Of a stretch of 32,000 nucleotides of DNA, positions 9,403 to 17,325 are shown one piece after another; the first letter of the stretch is position 1, and every line of letters starts with the position of its first letter. The notes under the pieces are model-generated. The model was not told the origin of the DNA, ran no database searches, and was given only the letters and a program-made list of their open reading frames with translations. Position numbers and translations under genes: made by a program. Source of the DNA: Candidatus Baldrarchaeota archaeon (lineage in GTDB: Archaea; Asgardarchaeota; Baldrarchaeia; Baldrarchaeales; DXJG01); the NCBI GenBank assembly GCA_019056805.1, contig DXJG01000005.1, positions 1 to 32,000 of the forward strand. Direction: 5' to 3'.

Positions 9403-10197
9403 TTGCCTACAATTATAGTGCCATTTAAGCAGATAGTTGATATTAAAGAGATTAAGGTGGATCCCAGTACCCAAACACCAATAACGGTTGGAATTCCAAG
9501 AAAGATAAGTGATGTAGATAAAAATGCGTTAGAAGAAGCTATAAAAATAAAGGAAAAACATGGCGGGAAAATAATAGCTATCACTGTCGGTCCACCTGAA
9601 GCGAAAACAGCTCTTAGAGAAACATTAGCTATGGGTGTGGATGAAGCATATCTTCTAAGCGACCCTATATTTGAGGGCTCTGACACCCTGGCTACAGCAC
9701 GTATATTAGCAAAGACTATCGAGAAGCTAGGAGAATTTGACTTAATAATTTGTGGGGAAATGTCTCTTGACGGACTTGCGGCTCAAGTTGGTCCGAGGCT
9801 TGCAGAGCTTCTAGACGTACCTCAGATAACTTATGTCAGAAAGGTTACCGTAGAGGGGGATAAGGTAATTGCTGAGAAGGATTTAGAAGAGGAGTATGAA
9901 ATAGTGGAAGCTAAGATGCCGGTCCTTTTAACAGTGACACGAGAGATAAACGAACCCAGGATACCCTCGCTAAGAGATATTATGAAAGCATCAAGAAAAG
10001 AGATCAAAACATGGACAGCAAACGATATCGGAATATCAAAGGAAGACGTTGGATCTGAAGGATCAGCTGTACAGATACTTAAAGTTACAGTTCCAAAAGT
10101 GGAGAGAAAAGGCATTCTTGTAGAGGCTGAAACAGTTGAAGAAGCTGCAGAAGAAGTTGTAAAGATGATACTTAAGGAAGGAGTGTTAAGGAGGTAG
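9403..10197 (+). CDS. etfB: Electron transfer flavoprotein beta subunit (EtfB/FixA)
   Basis: KQIVD, DKNALEEAIKIKE, GSDTLATA, DGLAAQVGPRLAE, INEPRIPS. TTG start after a GGTGAGG SD. Confidence 0.93.
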   Translation: MPTIIVPFKQIVDIKEIKVDPSTQTPITVGIPRKISDVDKNALEEAIKIKEKHGGKIIAITVGPPEAKTALRETLAMGVDEAYLLSDPIFEGSDTLATARILAKTIEKLGEFDLIICGEMSLDGLAAQVGPRLAELLDVPQITYVRKVTVEGDKVIAEKDLEEEYEIVEAKMPVLLTVTREINEPRIPSLRDIMKASRKEIKTWTANDIGISKEDVGSEGSAVQILKVTVPKVERKGILVEAETVEEAAEEVVKMILKEGVLRR

Positions 10198-10201
10198 TGT
10201 C

Positions 10202-11176
10202 ATGAGTTCCAACGAATTTAAAGGAGTTATGGTCTTTTCTGAAAATTTTGAAATTCTCCTAGAATTGCTAGGAAAGGGAAGGGAACTTGCTGACAAACTT
10301 CAAGTAGAACTATCAGCAGTTCTTATGGGACATAACATTGATGAAGAGCGTGGAAAAGACCTTATAAAACATGGAGCTGACAAAGTATACATAGTTGACA
10401 ATCCTATTCTAGAACAATTTAATGCAGAACCTTACGCAGACGTTCTTTCAAAAATAGCTAGTGAATATAAGCCGGAAATAATTTTAATCGGTGCTACAAA
10501 AAGAGGTAAAGAACTTGCGCCAAGAGTTGCCACAAAGTTGAATACAGGATGCATGACTGAATGTACAAAACTAGACATTGATGAGGAACGCCGATTAGTG
10601 GTAACTCGATTAGTATATGGTGGTTCTTCTATAGCAACCGAATATTCTCGTGTAAAACCTCAGATAGCAACAGTTTCTCCACATACATTTGAAAAACTTG
10701 CACCTGAGGAGAGAAAGGGAGAAATAGTCAAATTTGAAGTCGAAGTAAAGGAGCCTAGAACTAAAGTCGTGGAAAGGAAAAAGAAGGAAATTGTCGGAGA
10801 AAGACTTGAAGAAGCTTCAGTGATTGTTGCAGGTGGAAGAGGAATAAGGAGTAAAGAAGATTTCAAGCTACTGGAAGAATTAGCAAAGGTTTTAAATGGA
10901 CAAGTCGGATGTACAAGGCCTATTGCGGCAGACTATGGCTGGTTTACAAATTGGATTGGTATTTCTGGTGTTAAAATAAAACCAAAACTCTACATAGCGG
11001 TAGGTATTTCAGGAGCTATCCAGCATACAGCAGGCATAATGGATTCAAAAATAATTGTAGCAATAAATAAGGATGAAGAGGCTCCAATATTCAAGGCAGC
11101 CGACTACGGAATAGTTGGAGATCTATACAAGATTGTACCTGCCCTTACAGAAGCTTTCAAAAAACTACTAAAATAA
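10202..11176 (+). CDS. etfA: Electron transfer flavoprotein alpha subunit (EtfA/FixB)
   Basis: [50 protein letters not shown]. Begins 4 nt after etfB. Confidence 0.95.
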   Translation: MSSNEFKGVMVFSENFEILLELLGKGRELADKLQVELSAVLMGHNIDEERGKDLIKHGADKVYIVDNPILEQFNAEPYADVLSKIASEYKPEIILIGATKRGKELAPRVATKLNTGCMTECTKLDIDEERRLVVTRLVYGGSSIATEYSRVKPQIATVSPHTFEKLAPEERKGEIVKFEVEVKEPRTKVVERKKKEIVGERLEEASVIVAGGRGIRSKEDFKLLEELAKVLNGQVGCTRPIAADYGWFTNWIGISGVKIKPKLYIAVGISGAIQHTAGIMDSKIIVAINKDEEAPIFKAADYGIVGDLYKIVPALTEAFKKLLK

Positions 11177-11243
11177 CGTCACAATATATTTTCTTTTTGT
11201 TTTTGCTGTTTTTAAAAGAATAGATAAAAATAGAAAAAGGGAT

Positions 11244-12449
11244 TTACTTGTAGGGCACGTAGTCTCTCCCGAGCAGTTCTCTTGCTATGATTATTCTTTG
11301 AATGTTTAATCCTCCTTCGGCCCCAACGCAGTATGACATTATTCCTCTGAGTCCCATTTCAAGTGGGCATTCTTTTGTATATCCATAGGCGCCAAGCCAT
11401 ATCATTGCTTTCTCGAATGCTTCGAATGCGAGAGAAGGCCCTAGTAATTTAACTGCTGATATGAATTTTGAAACTTCAAGGGGACCAAAACGTCCAGTAG
11501 CATATTTTTCATTGACCATCCAAGCTGCCCTGTATACGAGTGATTTAAGTGCCTCGTTTAAGGCCCATATATCTGCCATTTCAAATTGTATTCCTTCGAA
11601 TTTCGCAAGAGGCCTTCCGAATAATATGCGTTGCTTTGTGTATTCCATTCCAATTTCAAGAGCACGTCGAGTTGCTCCTACAGCAGTTGCACCGATGAGG
11701 AGCCTAGCTAGGTCAAATCCTTCCATTGTATAGTAAAATCCTTTGTTTACTTCTCCGAGCACATATTCATCTGGTAATCTTACATCATTCATTACAAAAC
11801 CGCCGGTAGATATAGCCATTCTGCCCATATCTTCAAATCGTTTTGTAACTTCAACTCCTGGAGCGTCAATAGGTAAGAAGAATGCTGTCATACCTCTGTG
11901 ACCAAGTTTAGGATCTGTTCTTGCAATAATAAAGTATCCTCCTCCTAGTTTCTTTGCTTCCTCGGTACCACTTATGTATATTTTTTCACCATTGATTACC
12001 CATTCGTCGCCTTCTTTCTTGGCGGTTGTTTTAACTGATGCTATGTCGGAGCCTCCTCCGGGTTCTGTGGTTGCTATTCCAACAAATGCCTCTCCTCTTA
12101 CTGCTTTTTTGATATATTTTTCTCTAACTTCCTCGGAACAATATCTGTCAACGACATATCCCCATGAAGCTTCAACTAGGAAGAATACTGGAACTGCTAT
12201 ACTAATATCTGCATATCCTAATTCCTCTGCAGCTATGCATGCGGTTACCCAGTCAGCTCCAGTTCCACCATGTTCTTCGGGAATTGTCAATAAAAGTAAT
12301 CCTAGGTCTGCTAGACCCTTGATAACGTCCATGGGCATTTCTTCTTTTGTGTCCATTTCTCTAACTTTTTCTAAACTTAAATTTTTTTCACACCATTCCT
12401 TAACGGCTTGTCTAAATAATTCTTGCTCCTCTGTGAAAGAGAAATCCAT
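11244..12449 (-). CDS. Acyl-CoA dehydrogenase
   Basis: MDFSFTEEQ start (ATG 12449 after GGGGAGG), TEPGGGSD, WVINGEKIYIS, GAYGYTKE, catalytic region GAEG..IQRIIIARELL. Confidence 0.93.
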   Translation of the reverse strand: MDFSFTEEQELFRQAVKEWCEKNLSLEKVREMDTKEEMPMDVIKGLADLGLLLLTIPEEHGGTGADWVTACIAAEELGYADISIAVPVFFLVEASWGYVVDRYCSEEVREKYIKKAVRGEAFVGIATTEPGGGSDIASVKTTAKKEGDEWVINGEKIYISGTEEAKKLGGGYFIIARTDPKLGHRGMTAFFLPIDAPGVEVTKRFEDMGRMAISTGGFVMNDVRLPDEYVLGEVNKGFYYTMEGFDLARLLIGATAVGATRRALEIGMEYTKQRILFGRPLAKFEGIQFEMADIWALNEALKSLVYRAAWMVNEKYATGRFGPLEVSKFISAVKLLGPSLAFEAFEKAMIWLGAYGYTKECPLEMGLRGIMSYCVGAEGGLNIQRIIIARELLGRDYVPYK

Positions 12450-12850
12450 AATAAAACCTCCCCAAATTTTAATACTAATTGCTATAGCTAACTTACTCAT
12501 CTGGTCATAAAAAATTTACTAATTTCCCTTTTCCAATGAAACCTATACATAAATCAATGCCAACACGGTTAAGAAAATGTATCGAAATACCTTGCGTAAA
12601 TTATTTCAATGCCGCTATATTAACATTTGATTTGAAAGTAGAACCTAAATAGCGACAAAATATAGATTTATAATAACGAAATTAACAATACTGTCGGGAA
12701 AACGTCAGTAAAATTATTAAAAACATCTTAACTAGTAATTTATATGAAGTTTTACAACAGAAGTTTAAAGTCAAGTTTTACATACATAATTCAATCTGAA
12801 AAGTTTAAGTATGATAAATAATTTATTGAAATCGAATTCTCCGATGCTCT

Positions 12851-12979
12851 GCGGGGGTGGCCGAGCCAGGTCAAAGGTTGCTAAAGGCCGATTAAAGGCG
12901 CAGGACTGAGGCACCCTCTTTTAGGGCTCGAATCCTGTGGCGCAGGCCTGCGTGGGTTCAAATCCCACCCCCCGCACCA
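12851..12979 (+). tRNA. trnL: tRNA-Leu(GAG) with two introns: D-loop 21/22 (12875-12895, 21 nt) and anticodon loop, best fit 38/39 (12913-12932, 20 nt; a 37/38 reading would be 12912-12931)
   Basis: Acceptor GCGGGGG/CCCCCGC, discriminator A, encoded CCA, anticodon stem CAGGA/TCCTG, long variable arm, T-arm GTGGG-TTCAAAT-CCCAC. Both inserts fold into bulge-helix-loop-type splice motifs. Confidence 0.92.
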
Positions 12980-13344
12980 ACAATATAATTATTAGTATAT
13001 GTCCTAGGATTTTATATAAGATTTTAATCTATGAATTCGACTTTTGATCTTAACTTTCCATTTTTTAACATATTATTGCTGGTGCTTTTATATGCGAGTG
13101 AAATGAGGAATGTTTTATAATTTTGCAATGAATGTTTCGACAAAGTTATAAAATAATGTTGACATTGTTTTAGTAATCAGGGGTGTGAAATTGTACTTTA
13201 AAGCATTACTTGAAATCTGTATATGCCTAATAACTTCGGAGACACCGTATGATAGTAGTACTTAACACACATTCCAGGTTGAAAAGTACATAGAAGGGAA
13301 GTTCTTTAGCCCGTTTAGGTGTAAAAGGATGTCAGAGAATTTTT

Positions 13345-13905
13345 GTGAAAAAAGTAAAAATAACAAATTTAAGGGACATATTTAAACAATTACCAAAAAA
13401 TTTTATTCTCCTAGTTATAAGTTCCGTGGAGAACTATATTTCTGCCAATCTTGAAATTCTGCGAGTTTTGTTAAATGAAATGAAAATTTCTGGAGTTTAT
13501 ATTACAATCAATAGACCTTATGCCAGTTTATGCAAAATATTAAAACAGAATGGCATCAATATAGAAAAATTGTATTTTATAGATTGTGTTTCAAGTTTAG
13601 CTGGAATGCCGGTTGAAAAAACAGAAAAGTGCCGTTTTCTTAAAGGTCCATCCGCTCTCACAGACATCGGAATAGATCTTAGTGAACTCATGGAAGAAAT
13701 CAAGAAGCCGTGTTTCCTATTTCTAGATTCAATCTCAACTCTATTAACCTATAACAGTGCAGAAGCTGTTGTTTCATTTTCCCATCTGCTAATTACCAAG
13801 ATGAGACTTAAAGGACTAATGGGAGTTATCATCACTTTGGAAAAAGAATCTGAGCCTTATAAAATAATAACCCAATTTTGTGATAAAGTTATAGAGGTGA
13901 AATAA
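13345..13905 (+). CDS. Inactivated KaiC/RecA-superfamily ATPase domain protein
   Basis: Keeps GVYITINRP, LYFIDC, Walker B FLFLDSIS and FCDKVIEV. The Walker A position reads ISSVENYI, with no GxxGxGKT. Confidence 0.75.
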   Translation: MKKVKITNLRDIFKQLPKNFILLVISSVENYISANLEILRVLLNEMKISGVYITINRPYASLCKILKQNGINIEKLYFIDCVSSLAGMPVEKTEKCRFLKGPSALTDIGIDLSELMEEIKKPCFLFLDSISTLLTYNSAEAVVSFSHLLITKMRLKGLMGVIITLEKESEPYKIITQFCDKVIEVK

Positions 13906-14246
13906 TGTCTGAATGGAATGAACTAGGAAAGTTGGAAGAGATAAAAGCTCTTCTTGTACTGGATAAGGAAGGAAGAGAAGTCTATTCTAAAATACCCAAG
14001 AAATATGAGAAATTGAGAGAATGGGCTAAAGAATTTAATGAATTGATTAAGAATACGTTCAAGGAATTAAAAGCCGCTTCAAGACAAGTTACTATTGACT
14101 ATTTTAATGGCAAAATAGCAATCGTTCGTTGCTTGGAAGAACATGTCATTTTTTTAACCTCAGAATTAATCGATATGGAGAAGTTATGTAAAAAAATTAG
14201 AGAGATCGAGATTGCAAAAAAGATAGAAGATGTATTGAGGCTTTAA
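13905..14246 (+). CDS. Roadblock/LC7-like protein 1
   Basis: 113 aa with a roadblock-like pattern: helix, ALLVLDKEGREVYS hairpin, long helix, QVTIDYFNGKIAIVRC strands, terminal helix. The ATG overlaps the upstream stop. Confidence 0.65.
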   Translation: MSEWNELGKLEEIKALLVLDKEGREVYSKIPKKYEKLREWAKEFNELIKNTFKELKAASRQVTIDYFNGKIAIVRCLEEHVIFLTSELIDMEKLCKKIREIEIAKKIEDVLRL

Positions 14247-14247
14247 T

Positions 14248-14592
14248 ATGAGAACGAGATTTAAAAAAAGGATAGAAGATATAGAACCAATGGTAACTGC
14301 CTTTTTGCACGTTACAAAAGATGGAAAAGTACTCGAACAAACAAAATCGGAAAAAGCACCTAAAATCACAGCAAAGTTTCTATCTAATTCCGTAAAACTC
14401 GTAGAATTGGCGTGTGAACTTAGTTCTGAGTTTAATTTGGGTAGCCTCCAAACAATAAGTATGATGGGGAAAAAAGGAAAACTTGATTTGCATATCCTCC
14501 TACATCCCAGCTCACCAGATCTTTTTGGTATCATCTTTACTGAAAAGCCAAGCCTTGAGGAAAAAATTAAGAAAGCTTTCAAGGGGTTATAA
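14248..14592 (+). CDS. Roadblock/LC7-like protein 2
   Basis: 114 aa: AFLHVTKDGKVLE, helix, GSLQTISMMGKKGKLDLHIL (the G.l..i.i.g..g roadblock pattern). Starts 1 nt after the upstream stop. Confidence 0.65.
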   Translation: MRTRFKKRIEDIEPMVTAFLHVTKDGKVLEQTKSEKAPKITAKFLSNSVKLVELACELSSEFNLGSLQTISMMGKKGKLDLHILLHPSSPDLFGIIFTEKPSLEEKIKKAFKGL

Positions 14593-14594
14593 AA

Positions 14595-15229
14595 GTGACT
14601 CTACTTGAACAATGGCTATACTGGACACAAATCGCCTGTATAGTAATGTCAACTGTATTGACAGGGTTCATGGGGTATATATACCTCCTTAAAAGGGACC
14701 CCCCATTCTTATATGGGCTCTTGCTTGGTGTGTTGTTGCTATTAGAATAACTATTGGTTTATTTTTTCCATTCAGCTTTATAAGGGGCTTCATAAATGAT
14801 TTCCTAACCATAAGTCATGACTTGCTCTGGATCTTAGGATTAGCAGTGTTATTAGAAATGGGGAAAAAAGGAAAAGTGTATTTTCCTGTGCTATACCCCT
14901 CGACACATTCTATAATAAGTGCATTATCCTACTTTTACCTCGGTTCCAAAGTGTACGGAGCCATTGAAACCACGATTTTCGCTCATCCCATACTCCTGTT
15001 TATACTTTCTTGGTATTTTCACATATGTGCAAAAGTTACAAAAAACCTTGGTGCAAGAATTATCAGCATATCCTTCCTACTTTGGGCCTTTGACTACATA
15101 ATATTTGGAATACCATACTTTGGAATGGGAATAACAATCGCAGGAGCCATAGGCTGGTCCATCGGCCTTATCTTTAGAGTAACAATTTTCATAGGATTTT
15201 TAATGATGACAGTGAGAAAACAACATTAA
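14595..15229 (+). pseudogene. 7TM membrane protein (about 211 aa if joined) split by a -1 frameshift at the C6 run 14699-14704
   Basis: GTG 14595 opens a 51-aa hydrophobic ORF that stops at 14748-14750. The -1 frame is open from 14693 to 15229 (the ORF track shows only 14822-15229). The join at GAC CCC CCA gives YLLKRDPPILIWALAW and seven hydrophobic segments. Confidence 0.75.
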
Positions 15230-15818
15230 TGAAGTTCTGAAAAATAGTGCTTAGATAGGGATCTCTGCGAAACACCCAAAGCAACATTGGAATAGTTGGT
15301 CGCAGCTAAATTTAACATCAAAATCTTTAACTGTCCATGTCTTTAGGCGATGCAGCTTGGTTTGCCGACGACCTCCTATTCAAAATCGAAGTAGGCGGAA
15401 AAATCATGTAGGTACAATGCGGAAGATCCGATGTTTTTGAGAAGGATCCAGTAAATGGCTAAATTATACAAGGTTACTTATTTCTTCCATCTACGAAATA
15501 ATGCTAAAATAATACAACTTATTACTTAAATCAATGACAGATCATTCAGAAATTACAGTAGTAACTAGTAAAATTCTTGCGTCATAAGTATAATTAAAAG
15601 CACTTTCCAAAATTACTGGATACTCAAGACTTACCTTAGCTTATATTGCTGTATTTTTCTCCGTTCTCATGACACAATCACCCACACAGATTGAAAGTAG
15701 CTATTAAAAAATATAGTAAAAAAGGTATTTACAAAGTTTTTTGCTTAAAACATGCCAACAAAAATACGATACAATGAAAAATATACAATATAATGAAGAT
15801 AAATTTAAAAATCGTTAT

Positions 15819-15826
15819 TTTATAAT
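15819..15826 (+). promoter_or_regulatory. Candidate TATA box for the GC-rich micro-ORF island
   Basis: TTTATAAT with an A-rich BRE-like segment upstream, about 25 nt before the island. Motif-only evidence in AT-rich DNA. Confidence 0.3.
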
Positions 15827-15851
15827 ATTATAATGAGAAAATAAGATAGAA

Positions 15852-15924
15852 GATCCCACGGGGGGTGATCGCCATGTGGGTGACACCCCTCGTGACCACA
15901 TGGAGTGACAGACCACCTCCATAA
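15852..15924 (+). other. GC-rich structured island containing an SD and a 16-aa micro-ORF (15874-15924, MWVTPLVTTWSDRPPP)
   Basis: 44/70 G+C by my count in very AT-rich surroundings. 11-bp stem 15857-15867/15884-15894, perfect 8-bp complement 15872-15879/15896-15903, SD GGGGGTGAT 4 nt before the ATG, TATA-like TTTATAAT at 15819-15826. Confidence 0.55.
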
Positions 15925-16115
15925 AATGTTATTTTGATATCTATTTTTTAAGTAAAAAATACTCCTCATAAAACCGCTTTTCTAGGAATTTCTAATATTA
16001 AAATATCAACCGTTGCCTTGTCTTTTAATTTACATATTGTTATCTATTTCTTTCTGAAATTCTTAAAATGCGTTGATTTTTATATTTCTAGTTTAAAATT
16101 AAAAAGTTTGAAGAA

Positions 16116-16231
16116 TGGAGCCGCCGGCGGGATTTGAACCCGCGACCACCGGATTTCTCGCTTTCGTTACGCATTAAAGTTACGAGTCCGGCGCATTCGG
16201 CTATTTTTTCTACCAGCTGTGCTACGGCGGC
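16116..16231 (-). tRNA. trnT: tRNA-Thr(CGT) with two introns: D-arm 22/23 (16196-16209, 14 nt) and canonical 37/38 (16155-16180, 26 nt)
   Basis: Acceptor GCCGCCG/CGGCGGC, T discriminator plus CCA, D-stem GCAC/GTGC restored after splicing, anticodon stem CCGGA/TCCGG. Strict BHB at 37/38 (CUCG/CGAG with CUUU/AAAG). Confidence 0.93.
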
Positions 16232-16319
16232 TTTTCCTCGTTTTTTTAAAAAAATAGATAAAACTTAAAGTTTTCGATTGACATTTATAGTAAAAGGACT
16301 GGTCATGGTGGTGTTTTGT

Positions 16320-17312
16320 TTGAGAGTTAGGGACATTGGTGAACGGGGGTTAATTGAGAAAATCTTTGGGATCATTGATAAATGTGATAAGGCTGTCTTA
16401 CCCTTGGGGGATGATGCTGTAGGTTATCTTATTGACAATGGGTGTGTTTTGGTTGTTAATGTTGATATGCTTGTTTGGAGTACGGATGTTCCTCCTGGGA
16501 TGTCTTTTAGGCAGGTTGGACGGAAGATTGTTACGATGTGTGTTAGTGATGTTGCTGTTAAGGGTGCAAAACCACTTGGTATTCTTCTTTCTATCGGAAT
16601 ACCGAAAGATTTTCCGGTTAAAGATGTGGAGGAGATTGTTAGAGGTGTTAATGAAGGAAGTCGTGAATATGATACCTATTTGTTAGGTGGAGATACTAAT
16701 GAGTGTAATGAGGTTATTTTAGATGGAATAGCTTTTGGGATAGTTGATAGGGATTATTTGGTTACACGTAGTGGAGCGAATCCTGGAGATATCTTGGCTA
16801 TTACTGGATACTTTGGTTACACGGCTGCAGGACTTAAAATATTACTTGAAAATATGTCCGTTCCAACTGATATTAGGAAAAAGTTTCTAGAGACTGTTTA
16901 TAATCCTAGGGCAAAAGTAAAAGAAGCAATAGCATTGGCTAAAAGTAGAACATTAACGTCTAGCATTGATAGTAGTGATGGCCTTGCATGGTCATTATAT
17001 GAATTGGGTAAATCTAGTGGTGTTGGTTTTATCGTGGAAAACTTGCCAATCCCTGAGGAAGTTAAAAAATTTGCTGAAATTCACGACTTAGACCCTTATG
17101 ATCTAGCTTTATATGGCGGGGAAGAATTTGAGCTTGTAGTAACTGTTAAACCAGCTACGTGGGAAAAAGCTGTGGAAGCGGTTAAAAAGGTGGGAGGAAC
17201 CTTAATTAAGATGGGAAAAGTTACAAAAGATAAGAAAATCGTTCTTGTAGATAAAGACGGAGTTGAGAGGAAAATAGAGCCACGTGGATACGAACATTTC
17301 ATAGATAACTGA
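16320..17312 (+). CDS. thiL: Thiamine-monophosphate kinase
   Basis: IGERGLI, LGDDA, SDVAVKGAKP, LLGGDT, RSGANPGD, IDSSDGL, ALYGGEEFEL. Probable TTG start at 16320 (ORF track 16278). Confidence 0.92.
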   Translation: MRVRDIGERGLIEKIFGIIDKCDKAVLPLGDDAVGYLIDNGCVLVVNVDMLVWSTDVPPGMSFRQVGRKIVTMCVSDVAVKGAKPLGILLSIGIPKDFPVKDVEEIVRGVNEGSREYDTYLLGGDTNECNEVILDGIAFGIVDRDYLVTRSGANPGDILAITGYFGYTAAGLKILLENMSVPTDIRKKFLETVYNPRAKVKEAIALAKSRTLTSSIDSSDGLAWSLYELGKSSGVGFIVENLPIPEEVKKFAEIHDLDPYDLALYGGEEFELVVTVKPATWEKAVEAVKKVGGTLIKMGKVTKDKKIVLVDKDGVERKIEPRGYEHFIDN

Positions 17313-17325
17313 GGTGTGTAGAAGG

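Noticed and set aside
14595-15229. Microbial rhodopsin (7TM protein)
   Set aside because: No retinal-binding Lys motif in the seventh helix (GWSIGLIFRVTIF) and no recognisable helix C motif.
15230-15420. Cys-rich minus-strand reading (KFSCDQLFQCCFGC) suggesting a gene remnant
   Set aside because: Short, no start codon after the in-frame stop, and no family I can recognise.
15852-15924. HDV-like ribozyme, box C/D RNA, or PqqA-like precursor
   Set aside because: No room for HDV P3/P1.1/P4. The four GTGA repeats are not CTGA D boxes and there is no proper C box. The peptide lacks the PqqA ExxxY motif.
12980-16115. Integrated mobile element between the 3' ends of tRNA-Leu and tRNA-Thr
   Set aside because: No integrase or transposase, and I found no repeated tRNA 3' end (att site) in the interval.
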